DNA from: Schmidtea polychroa
Taxonomy: Eukaryota
NCBI GenBank assembly: GCA_044892525.1
Contig: CM097885.1
Coordinates: 10,480,001-10,544,000 of the forward strand
Direction: 5' to 3'
DNA: 64,000 nucleotides
A program made the position numbers and the translations under genes. This document shows, in pieces, positions 8,775 to 19,588 of this stretch; positions within the stretch are counted from its first letter, which is position 1, and each line of letters opens with the position of its first letter. Below the pieces are notes generated by a model that saw only the letters and a program-made list of their open reading frames with translations, made no database searches and had not been told where the DNA came from.

Positions 8775-9212
8775 TTATTCAAAAACATTTGTAATTTTCC
8801 AAATTGGTTTAATTATAACTCCATTTATCTTGACTCCTTGAATAAGTATTCGCACTTTTGATTTTTTATCTTCGTCTAATTTACACCCTTTTTCACAATT
8901 GATAAATGTAAATTTTTCATTAAAAATCATTTCTTTATTAATTAATTTAAGAATTTCTCCAAGATTTTTTCTATCTTCTTCCCCAATATCTCCAATTTGA
9001 ATATTGAATTGACATGTTTTTAAATTAACTGGTTCCTATAACAAATTAATATTAAATAATTAAATAAAAAAAAAAATTACCTTGAACGAATAAGTAATAG
9101 GATATTTCAAATAGTACATATTATATTGAAGGAATTGAATAGGAGGTTTACATACCATACCTATAACTGATGTACTATTTTCTTCTAATAGGATACTATT
9201 TATAGTAGACAT
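8775..9212 (-). CDS. Hidden two-exon 130-aa protein (exons 9212-9081 and 9035-8775); possibly OB-fold ssDNA-binding
   Basis: ATG at 9212, 44 codons, then AAG|GTAAT...TTATAG|GAA 45-nt intron with an in-frame stop, then 86 codons ending GAA TAA inside AATAAA. The function is only a guess from the C-terminal KVRILIQGVKINGVIIKPIWKITNV. Confidence 0.75.
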
Positions 9213-9343
9213 TTTTTGTTAAATTTATTTCATTAAATTATCATTTATAGCAAATAATTAATTTTGATTGGATGCATACATGCAAAATTATAAGAAAATT
9301 TTAATAGTTTTATTTTTATCAAATGTTTTAGCCAAATTTTTAA

Positions 9344-12300
9344 ATGTATATATTTTTAGGTATACTTTACCCAAATTATTGTTCGTCGAAAGAACATAAT
9401 AATTGCCATTCTATAATGGAGAATTATTATTCTAAAAAATACTATAATAAAACTTTTTTTATATGCCCCATATGTAAGATTAGCGAGCCCTTAACATATA
9501 GCGTTTTTTATAATAAGCATAAACAACATTTAGATAGGTTCAATTCTAAAAAAGATGTTATTTTTAAACGTCCTTCAACTATTGAAATAAATACTACTAA
9601 TAAAAAAATTAAATTAAATACATTTGTTGAATCCCAGGTCGGATTAGTTGATGAATCCAATGATGGATTGTCTTTTGTTGAATCCAATGATGGATTGTCT
9701 TTTGCTGAATCCAATGATGGATTGTCTTTTGCTGAATCCAATGATGGATTGCCTTTTGTTGAATCCCAGGTCGGATTAGTTGATGAATCCTATAATGAAT
9801 TTGATAATCTTTCACTCGACTCTTGGGATGTAGGCGAACCCAATAATGAATTTGATAATCTTTCACTCGACTCTTGGGATGTAGGCGAACCCAATAATGA
9901 ATTTGATAATCTTTCACTCGACTCTTGGGATGTAGGCGAACCCTATAATGAATTTGATAATCTTTCACTCGACTCTTCGACTACTAATGTACAAATAGGA
10001 GGTAATGTACCCATAGTACAAAAAGATTTAAGGGGTACACATCAAATTTTAAGTCTAAATACAAGTAACTTGAATATAAAGGAAATAATATTTCCAGAAC
10101 AATTAATTATAAAATTACGAGATATTATTAACGAATTAGGCTCCGTCAAAATTCAATTCGGAATAACAATCGAATTTGAAAAAGACGGGGAAATAAAGGT
10201 TAATAATATTTCGAATTACGCAAAACCTTTAACTGCCTCATTTTTTGACGAAGGCATTAGGGAACTAAACGAGAAAATAAGTAATATCACAGAGTTAGGA
10301 AGTAGCTGGATCATAAAAAAAATAACTGAAATTCACTTCACCATAACAAAGATAAGTAGGCTAAGTAGATTAAGTGGTAAGAGTTTCATTGAACTACCTA
10401 CTTGTCTAAAAAATAAATATTGCTTAATTAATGTAAAAAACACTGACGATTCGTGTTTTTTATATAGCATTTTAGCTATTTTAAAATATGATGAGGTTAG
10501 TAGTTATGCTAGAAATAGGACATCTAGTTATAATTTATCTGAGTTAATATATAATCCATTAGACTTACCAATGAAATTAAAAGATATTAGAAAATTCGAG
10601 GCCAAAAATCCTGGTTTAATAATTAATGTTTTTTCTTATGACAATAACAATCAATTAATAGACAATTACGTTTTAAAACACCCCCATTTAGACATTATAC
10701 ATCGTTCCAAAGTTTTAAATGGAACAGTAATTAATTTACTTTTATTAAATAAAGGGAACAATTTCCATTACATTGCTATAAGCAATTTAAATAGGTTACT
10801 GAATTGCCACATAAACACTAGTTGTCCTACACGCATACAATCAATATGGTGTCATCGTTGTTTGAATGGTTTTAAAAATAGAAACGCACTAGAAAAGCAT
10901 GAAATATTATGCAAACGCAATCAATTAGGAACTACTCTTTATACTTTCCCTGAAAATAAATTCTTACAGTTTACTGACTGGTCGAAAACAGTAACTCCTC
11001 CTTTCGTAGTTTATGCCGATTTTGAGGCTATTTTACCTTGTGATAATGTTCATTTTCAGCGACACATGCCAATATCTGCTGGTCTTTTACTAGTAAATAA
11101 CTTTGACGGATCTAAATCCTATCAACAGTTTATAGGTTTAGATTGCGTCGAGAGTTTTTTAAGTGCTATAGAGGATATAGCATTAAATAAGGTTCTTCCT
11201 TTTTATTATAAAATGGGTAGGAAACCAATGATTAAATTAACTAAAAATGAGCAACAACAATTCATTAATTCAACGGTTTGTTATCTTTGTTTGAAATCTA
11301 TCATGGATCCTGTTAGAGATCACGATCATTTTACGGGCAAATACTTGGGTGCAGCTTGTAGCACATGTAACGTAAATAGAAAAATAAATAAAATTTTGCC
11401 TATCGTATTTCACAACTTGAAGGGATACGATATGCATCATATACTTAAATATGGATTAAATAAATTTAAAAATTGGAATTTAGGGTGCATCCCAATAACT
11501 ACGGAAAAATTTATATCTTTGATTGCTCATTTAGGCAAAATTAGCATAAGATTCATTGATTCATATCAATTTGTCAATGATTCTTTGGCTAAAGCAGTCA
11601 AAACTTTGAATTCTTTGCCTTTTACTAATTCTGCTTTTTCTGGCACCATAGTAAGTGAAAAAGGAATCTTCCCTTATAATTTCGCCACTTCTTTAGATGT
11701 TCTACAAACTACGTATGAATTACCACCAATCTGGGAGGGTGTCACTGAGCTTGAGTATGAAAAAGCTCAGGAGATTTGGGTAGAATCTAATTGCAGAACT
11801 TTACTAGATTATATGATGATCTACCTAAAACTTGATTGTTTTCTTTTGGCTGATTTCTTTCATCAGTTTAGGTTGAAATCAATTGCTCACAATAGATTAG
11901 AGCCTTTGAATTATTTCGGAATTCCAGGCATGTCTTGGTCTTCTGCATTAATGTCTTTAAATGAACCAATTGAACTCATAACTGAAAACGAAATGTTTAG
12001 CTTTTATGAGGGTGGAATAAGAGGCGGTCTTACTTTTGTGAATAAGCATTACGTAAAAACCGACGAGAACACCGAGTTACTTTATATAGATATTAATAAT
12101 CTTTATGGGTGGGCTTTAAGTCAATCATTACCTTGTGGCGAATTTTGTTGGGTTCTTGATGGATTTGATAAAATAATGGATGAATGTAGGAATTTAAATC
12201 TTGAATCTTTGTCTTATGGATACACACTTGAAGTTGATCTTGTAATTCCTTCTGAGCTTCATGATAAGTTGGATGATTTCCCTGTAGCTGCTGAAAAAAT

Positions 12301-13468
12301 GAAACCTGCTGGGTCTAAGGTTGAAAAATTATTATTAACTCATCTTCCAAAATCAAATTATGTTATTCATTGGAGATTATTAAAATTATATTTAGAACTT
12401 GGTGTTAAAGTAACACGTGTAAATAGAGGTGTAAGATTTAAGCAATCACCAATTTTTAAAAAATATATAGATACAAATACCGAATTAAGATCAAAAAGCG
12501 TAAATAACTTAGATAAAAATTATTATAAATTGCTAAATAACAGTTTATACGGCAAAACAGTTGAAAATTTAAAGAGAAGAATGAATCTTCGTCTTTGTAC
12601 AACTGCCGGTAAATTAGTTAAATATTCGTCAAAACCGACTTTTAAAAAATCTATTAAAATAGCAGATAATTTAATTGCAACACTATTGAATTCAGATTCT
12701 ATATGTTTAGATAGACCGAGTTACATTGGTCAATCTGTACTTGATCTATCTAAACTTAGAATGTATGAATTACAATATAAGGATCTGGAATCATTTCGCA
12801 ATGAGTTTAATTGTAAAATTAATATCGTTGCTGGTGATACAGATTCTTTTTTCCTCGAAGTCATTAACTGCAAACTTGAGGTTCTTTTACCTGCAATGAT
12901 TCGAGATAATTTATTAGATACTTCCAATTACAATAGTTGTCATTCCTTATATAGTAAGAACCTTGATTCAGTCATTGGAAAGTTCAAAGACGAGAATAAA
13001 GGTCTTAAATATAATGAGTGGGTTTTTCTTAGACCTAAATGTTATAGCTTGTTGGGTGATGAGGAAACAAAAAAGGCTAAAGGTGTAACATTGAAAGGTA
13101 GTGACATAAAACATCAGTCATACCTGGATTGTTATAACACTAACCAGATTTTTTCGGTTCCTCAGACTAAAATAACAAGCAAAAATCATCAAATTTTTAC
13201 AATTAAAAACACAAAAATAGCACTAACAAACAAAGATGACAAAAGGGTTTGGGTGGGGAAAAATGCTAGTCTTGCATATGGGCATGTAAGATTAAGTGAA
13301 TTAAATATTGGAGAAAATGTTGGAGAAATTGTTGCAGAAAATGTTTCAGAAAATGATGGAGAAGATGTTTCAGAAAATGATGGGGAAAATGATGGAGAAG
13401 ATGAGGAAGAATTTAATGAAGAAGATGACATCGATATCGATGACGTTATTTTGTCCGATGAGGACTAA
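9344..13468 (+). CDS. Protein-primed family B DNA polymerase (pPolB)
   Basis: ExoI YADFEA, EndoVII-like RDHDHFTG..GAACSTCN, ExoII HNLKGYD, KGIFPY, motif A DINNLYG, motif B KLLNNSLYGK, motif C DTDS. The frame is uninterrupted. Confidence 0.97.
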   Translation: MYIFLGILYPNYCSSKEHNNCHSIMENYYSKKYYNKTFFICPICKISEPLTYSVFYNKHKQHLDRFNSKKDVIFKRPSTIEINTTNKKIKLNTFVESQVGLVDESNDGLSFVESNDGLSFAESNDGLSFAESNDGLPFVESQVGLVDESYNEFDNLSLDSWDVGEPNNEFDNLSLDSWDVGEPNNEFDNLSLDSWDVGEPYNEFDNLSLDSSTTNVQIGGNVPIVQKDLRGTHQILSLNTSNLNIKEIIFPEQLIIKLRDIINELGSVKIQFGITIEFEKDGEIKVNNISNYAKPLTASFFDEGIRELNEKISNITELGSSWIIKKITEIHFTITKISRLSRLSGKSFIELPTCLKNKYCLINVKNTDDSCFLYSILAILKYDEVSSYARNRTSSYNLSELIYNPLDLPMKLKDIRKFEAKNPGLIINVFSYDNNNQLIDNYVLKHPHLDIIHRSKVLNGTVINLLLLNKGNNFHYIAISNLNRLLNCHINTSCPTRIQSIWCHRCLNGFKNRNALEKHEILCKRNQLGTTLYTFPENKFLQFTDWSKTVTPPFVVYADFEAILPCDNVHFQRHMPISAGLLLVNNFDGSKSYQQFIGLDCVESFLSAIEDIALNKVLPFYYKMGRKPMIKLTKNEQQQFINSTVCYLCLKSIMDPVRDHDHFTGKYLGAACSTCNVNRKINKILPIVFHNLKGYDMHHILKYGLNKFKNWNLGCIPITTEKFISLIAHLGKISIRFIDSYQFVNDSLAKAVKTLNSLPFTNSAFSGTIVSEKGIFPYNFATSLDVLQTTYELPPIWEGVTELEYEKAQEIWVESNCRTLLDYMMIYLKLDCFLLADFFHQFRLKSIAHNRLEPLNYFGIPGMSWSSALMSLNEPIELITENEMFSFYEGGIRGGLTFVNKHYVKTDENTELLYIDINNLYGWALSQSLPCGEFCWVLDGFDKIMDECRNLNLESLSYGYTLEVDLVIPSELHDKLDDFPVAAEKMKPAGSKVEKLLLTHLPKSNYVIHWRLLKLYLELGVKVTRVNRGVRFKQSPIFKKYIDTNTELRSKSVNNLDKNYYKLLNNSLYGKTVENLKRRMNLRLCTTAGKLVKYSSKPTFKKSIKIADNLIATLLNSDSICLDRPSYIGQSVLDLSKLRMYELQYKDLESFRNEFNCKINIVAGDTDSFFLEVINCKLEVLLPAMIRDNLLDTSNYNSCHSLYSKNLDSVIGKFKDENKGLKYNEWVFLRPKCYSLLGDEETKKAKGVTLKGSDIKHQSYLDCYNTNQIFSVPQTKITSKNHQIFTIKNTKIALTNKDDKRVWVGKNASLAYGHVRLSELNIGENVGEIVAENVSENDGEDVSENDGENDGEDEEEFNEEDDIDIDDVILSDED

Positions 13469-13474
13469 TTTTAT

Positions 13475-13554
13475 TGAATAAATTTTATATCTTTACATTT
13501 GTTAATTGTTTGTGTTTTATGTGTCTAGTTCATTTTTATGTATTTGGTCGATAT

Positions 13555-13585
<31 letters not shown>

Positions 13586-15206
13586 TTATTATTTTTATTA
13601 TTATTTCGTTAAAATTTTCATTTGACTTTGAAAAATATTTCATAAAAATTTTCATTAAAAGTTATCTTAAAAATTTCCATCTAAAATTATCATTGAAAAA
13701 TATTTCATAAAAATTTCCATTAAAAATTACTTAAAAAAATATTTCATAAAAATTTCCATTAAAAATTACTTAAAAAAATATTTCATAAAAATTTCCATTA
13801 AAAAATTTCAATTCTCAAACACCTTCAACTTTTTGTTAATAAATTTTAAAATCTTACTTTAATTTACTTATTACATTACTTTAATTTACTTATTTAAAAA
13901 TTATTACTTTAATTTACTTATTTAAAAATTATTACTTATTTAAAATTTTTTACCATTGATTACTTAATTTTAAATTTAGACCATAATTTACTTTAATTTT
14001 AATTTTTAGAACCATTATTTACTTTAATTGAAAAATTTGGACCATTATTTACTTTAATTTAAAAATTTGGACCATAATTTAAAAATTTGGACCATAATTT
14101 ACTTTAATTTAAAAATTTGGACCATTTAATTTTAATTTTTAGAACCATTATTTACTTTAATTGAAAAATTTGGACCATAATTTACTTTAATTTAATTTTT
14201 TAGAACCATTATTTACTTTAATTGAAAAATTTGGACCATAATTTACTTTAATTTAATTTTTTAGAACCATTATTTACTGTAATTTAATTTTTAGGACCTT
14301 AATTTACTTTAATTTAATTTTTAGGACCTTAATTTACTTTAATTGAAAAATTTGAGCCATAATTTACTGTAATTTAATTTTTAGGACCATTATTTACTTT
14401 AATTTAAAAATTTGGACCATTATTTACTTTAATTGAATAATTTACCACGTTTTTTAGTGTAGACCACCTTTTTCTCAGGACCAAGGAGACTCACCTCACT
14501 ATAGTCTGAAAAATCCTTGGCTTTTTTAGTGTAGACCAGCTTTTTGTATTGAAAATATCCTGAGACCTTAAATTACCATGCTTTTTAGTGTAGACCAGCT
14601 TTTTGTATTGAAAATATCCCGAGACCTTAAATTACCACGTTTTTTAGTGTAGAACACCTATTTCTCAGGACCAAGGAGACTCACCTCACTATAGCGTGAT
14701 AAATCCTTGGCTTTTTTATTGATAGTAGGATTTTTGTATAGAAAAAAATTTTTTGTATTGAAAATCCCAGGACCATCGAGACCCCCTCACTATATTCTGA
14801 AAATTCCATGCTTTTTTAGTGAGACCGCCTTTTTGTATTGAAAAAATTTTATTTGTATTGAAAATCCCAGGACCATTGTTTTTGTATAGAAAAATTTTTT
14901 TTTTTGTATTGAAAATCCCAGGACCATCGAGACCCCCTCACTATAGTCTGAAAATTCCATGCTTTTTTAGTGGTAGTCGGATTTTTGTATAGAAAAATTT
15001 TTTTTGTATTGAAAATCCCAGGACCATCGTTTTTGTATAGAAAAAATTTTTTTGTATTGAAAATCCCAGGACCATCGAGACCCCCTCACTATAGTGTGAA
15101 AAATTGCGTAATCAAAAGTTGCAGCAAAAAAATTACGGCAGCAGAACCCCCCCCCCCCCCCCCCCGGGGGGGTCATTGCTGCCGTAGGCTACTATCTACC
15201 TACTAT
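13475..15206. repeat. Right terminal inverted repeat (~1.7 kb) made of nested tandem repeats
   Basis: Inner boundary is defined by the match to 1-109. Contains ~35-bp GGACCAT(A/T)ATTTACTTTAATT repeats (13975-14440), TTGTATTGAAAATCCCAGGACCAT and CCTCACTATAG blocks (14450-15100), and a terminal C/G hairpin. Confidence 0.85.
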
Positions 15207-16644
15207 AGTATCATCAGGGAAAAGTCGTTTCATAAGATTTTGAATTGATTGGAACAAATCCTGACTTATCGCTGTTTATATTCAAATATTTTGCGTCTTC
15301 TTAAACTTGTCCGTTCATCACTGGTGACACCGTATTTGTAAGGAATACCCCATACTAGAAATTAATTCGTAGTTATAGATTGTTCATTGTTAACGGTTTA
15401 GTTCATGAAAATCTTATGAACAAGTTTAAGATGATTTATTATTGCTCCCATTGAATCATTGGCATTTGATATTTTGGATTTGCATTTCATCAATACAGCA
15501 TTTGACAAAATACATAACGCACAATCACATACAATTACATTCATACATTCAAAATTAATATTAAGACTTAACGTCTAATAACACTCAGTAATGTTAGTGA
15601 TAAAGATTTGTGTTACAACAGAAATAAAAGATTTTATATATAGTCGTAATAAGAATAAATGAAATGTTAAAAGAAAACATAAAAAGATAAAAGGTGAATA
15701 AAAAGGAATTATCAATTAGTTATTTTCACCTATATAAATTAAAAAAGCATATAAATAAAATCATATTATTAATAAGGTACCTTAAATAATAATTTCTTAC
15801 TGTCAGTATCAGTTTTGTGCCACAGACAACGTCTGTGGCCATATTCACTAAATGTATGAGGTAATAAAGTGAATTTGAATTGTGTAAACCTATTTTGTTT
15901 ATTAACATCAACCGCAATCTCTACCAAATCTCTACCAAGAAATCATCACGTTATAATACCATAGAAATTGTAAACTTTTATTTACCAGAAATATTTGCCC
16001 AGTATGTAACTGTTGAGGATACCTAAATAACAAATTTACGAATAAATAAATAAAATTACTTGAGGAAAAATCGTCATGACAAACGGGACGATCTATGGGA
16101 ACTCGAAAAAGAAAACAAAAGTAAAAAGAAATGAGAAATGAGAAAGATAATATGAACAAAAGAAAGCGAACAAGGAATTAAAATAAAAGTCATTAATAAT
16201 TAATTAGTACAAAAGGAAAAAGAAATTTCAAATTGGGAAAAACAAAGATAACAACAATTATGTCAGCAATTATCAAATATTCCACATTTTTTAATATAAT
16301 ATGCTCATTCACGACTAAATATAACAATGTGCGTAACTGAGTTTTCGCGCCCTTGACAAATTTCAGCTTTGCAAACTTTTCAATCGTTACAAAAATTAAT
16401 TAGATTTCTCTTATTTATGAAAATAATTACATAGTCTGATAGTCATAGATAAATATCAAAAACCTAAAAGACAAGAAAATACTCAATAATCTAATAGGAT
16501 ATTGTTGCGGTAATACAGTAATACTTGACCTATTATTAACAATAGTGTCAGTGTGTCATGCTCATACATAAATAAAAAAACATAAAATTAAAAGTAAATT
16601 GAGTAACGCTATATTCGGAACACTTCTAGTCCTATATCAAAAGC

Positions 16645-16938
16645 TCAAAGCTTAAGCTTTCTTGCTTTATTGTTTACAAAAGTAAGGATTATTTCATCGA
16701 AGATTATTTGACTGGTAAGTGGACGTTCAATGGAAAGAAGAGCTAGAGATGATATGCGTTGTTGGCATGATGTCGATCTTAAATAGTTTTTAATAATTTT
16801 TAGTTTGCTGAAACTCCTTTCGGCGGTAGCTACTGTAGTTGGCATTGCGAGAAATGTTTTCAGAGATATTTCGATAATCGGGTACGGTTTTTTCAATTCC
16901 CATGTAGCTAAAACATTTAAAATATTTAAATAAAACAT
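16645..16938 (-). pseudogene. hAT transposase C-terminal dimerisation-domain fragment
   Basis: YP...LKTFLAMPTTVATAERSFSKLKIIKNYLRST...R...LALLSIE. Confidence 0.85.
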
Positions 16939-17109
16939 GTCATCGGGTATTTTGTTTTGTAACAGTTCAATTATTTGGTGTTTAAAGCATTAAAAGGCAC
17001 CCGTTTGTTGCTGGTGAGCAAACATTCACCAATTTTCATTCTGAAATTGAATGGAGACATTTGTTTCTTTTTAGAGATACCATTCAGGGAAGAGTCTCGT
17101 CTGTATAAC

Positions 17110-17516
17110 GGTCATAAATTTGCGAACTTCACATTTATTATGTAATACAAAACTTAATTAGACCATTTTTGCTTTTAAGGCTCACTCGATAGTACGAAAT
17201 CAGCTGGTCACTGACATCAACGCCATTCATGAACTCTTTACATTGCACTATATCTGACTACTGGGCTTCCTAAAATTGGAAGAATAAAGTTTGAAGCCAC
17301 TATGAGTGATATTTTATCAATTTGACAACAGTAAGTCTGTTTTGACGATCACAACGCCAATCAAACAATCTACGACTTATTTTCCGCATGTTTTTGTCCG
17401 ACTAGAAATTGAAAGTGACATCCTTCAATCGATTGGAACCAACCGTACCAACTGCATTGATACCTCGCTCTTTTAGCATGATAAGAAGGCAAAGTGTGAT
17501 GAAATAATTATCGAAT
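17110..17516 (-). pseudogene. piggyBac transposase fragment
   Basis: Hand translation of the minus strand gives FDNYFITL...LKERGINAVGTVGSNRL and FMNGVDVSDQLISYYRVSLKSK, broken by stops and frameshifts. Confidence 0.8.
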
Positions 17517-19282
17517 CATTCGCATGTAGATTCTCCAAGGGTAATGTTTTTGTCTTTCTTGGAAGCATTCTGAAATGAAAAAATGTAGGTTTAATGTTTG
17601 AAATGAAAAATGGATTGTTCCAGAATTCTGAGAAACAAAAAGTGAGAAAAAGAAATTGAAAATGAGAAAAAAATAATAGTCAGTAGAAATTAAACAATGA
17701 AATACGAAAAGGTCGTTTTTAAATAACAAGTACAAAAGGAAGGAAGAACAAAAACAAAATCGAAATTAAATTTATATAATTATAAACTGTACGAGATAAA
17801 AGAAAGGGATCACTGGGAAATCGAGAGATGGTGTCTTCTAAAAATTGTATATTTCAACAGTTTTCAGAGATAATAGAAACACTGAAGATGAACGAAGGAA
17901 TATACCATAGAAAGAAATCTGTACTGAACTCAATGTCAGTAAATGCCATTAGATTGCAGATTATAAAAGGAAACACAATCTGAATCAACAGACAGAGGTT
18001 GTAAAGAAAAGACGAAAACAGAATTAAAACAAAATCCAAAATTAATTACAAAGTTATCAGATAAACGATTAGAAAACAAATTAAAGTTATTGGGTAAATT
18101 CAGGTTTTAGCTAAGAAAGCAACTAGATTGAATCTACCGATCATTTAAATCAAAACAGTGGTCAAGTAGTTGTGAATTCCAAGTTAAATCGTAAACAAAT
18201 ATTTACAATAAGCTCTCAAGTTATTGTTGTAATATTGAATTATTGGTGTCGCTGTAAATTGATAATCAATTGTGTTAATCAATAAAGGTTTATACTGTCT
18301 GGAGTTTGTTATTGTTGTTTGGAGTTAGATCAATAATTGGTAATATTTAATTTCACAGACAACCTCAACAAAAAAATTAATAACCAATAATAACCAATAG
18401 AAAACAAATTAGTCGACTCATCACAACGATGTAGTGTATTATAATAAAATATAAGAAATTTGAATTCAGCGTGCTCAGTTCTATGAAGTACATGGAAAAT
18501 TATGTCTGATGAAAACCCTGTTGACCAGTGTTTTTGTTAAAATTTATTAATATTAAAATAAATGTATTTTAGTTAATGAAAATGAATTGAAATTTAATCT
18601 AAAAATAAAAAAATGAAAATTTCATCCTTCTCAATCAAAATAAAGTGTAATTGAAACTTTTGATTTTGATTTTATTTAATTAATGTTGCATGTAAAGAAG
18701 ATTATTTTCATGTCGATTTGTTCAATTCCTATGGTAATTAAAATGTAATTAAATATAAATATTATTTTAATAAAAAATTTTAATTAATTTTAATTATTTT
18801 TAATTAAGAGTTTGCTCGTTTAACCACAAAAAATTTTATGTTCAAAAATTAATTGAGGTTGTCAAATATTGTTCAAAGATCCAGAAGTTGAATGTTTTCT
18901 TTGAAATAATTGCTTTCAAAAACTAGTGAAGTTGATTTCTTGAAATTTTAATTTGACTTTATCTTTGCTTGCAATTAAAATAACATGGGAGATAAAAGAA
19001 ATTTCCCTAAAAATATGTTAGATTCACTATGTTGATGTATCACTTGAAAAGAATAAACATGTCATGCTGTTTTTTGTAAACAATTGTTTGGAATTTTAAA
19101 TTTTGATGCAATAATTGGCCCAATAATTTAGATGTTTTTATTTATAATTTCTTTTTTGAAAAATCGGTTATTTTTGAAATGAAATGGAAAATTTTATTAA
19201 TATAATAATTTATTTTCATCAAAATAATTTTTATAATTTTTATTATCTTATTATTTTATTTTTTTAATTTTATTTTTTTATT

Positions 19283-19588
19283 CAGTGATTCTCAAAAACT
19301 GTGAAGCGGCACTTTTATGTGCCGCTAAATTTTTAAAGTGTGCCGCGAAATAATCTCATAATTATATAAAATCAAAATTCAAACCTTAAATGTTACTTAA
19401 ATTTAAAAAACTTACTTTTAAACCATTTATAAAATTGAATAAATGAAGTAAATAACTTCACTTTCTCATAAATGGTGAGTCATATTCACTGATGCACACA
19501 CCTACGTGTATTATAGAAACTTTTGTGTGCCCCAAAGTTTTGAAATTGTTAAAAGTGTGCCGCAACAAAAAGAGGTTGCGAATCACTG
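19283..19588. mobile_element. Non-autonomous hAT (Charlie/Buster-like) MITE
   Basis: TIRs CAGTGATTCTCAA / TTGCGAATCACTG and internal GTGTGCCGC repeats. No clean TSD. Confidence 0.6.

Larger units (their letters stand above)
1..15206. mobile_element. Polinton/Maverick (adintovirus-like endogenous virus); left TIR runs off the window
   Basis: Contains pPolB, rve integrase, packaging ATPase, adenain, major capsid and penton genes. Positions 1-109 are the reverse complement of 13475-~13590 (inner TIR ends). The right end reads ...CTACTATCTACCTACTAT near 15206; the exact last base is uncertain. Confidence 0.95.

Noticed and set aside
14490..15095. Repeated CTCACTATAG resembling the T7 promoter core
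   Set aside because: Lacks TAATACGA and is part of native TIR sub-repeats; not vector sequence.
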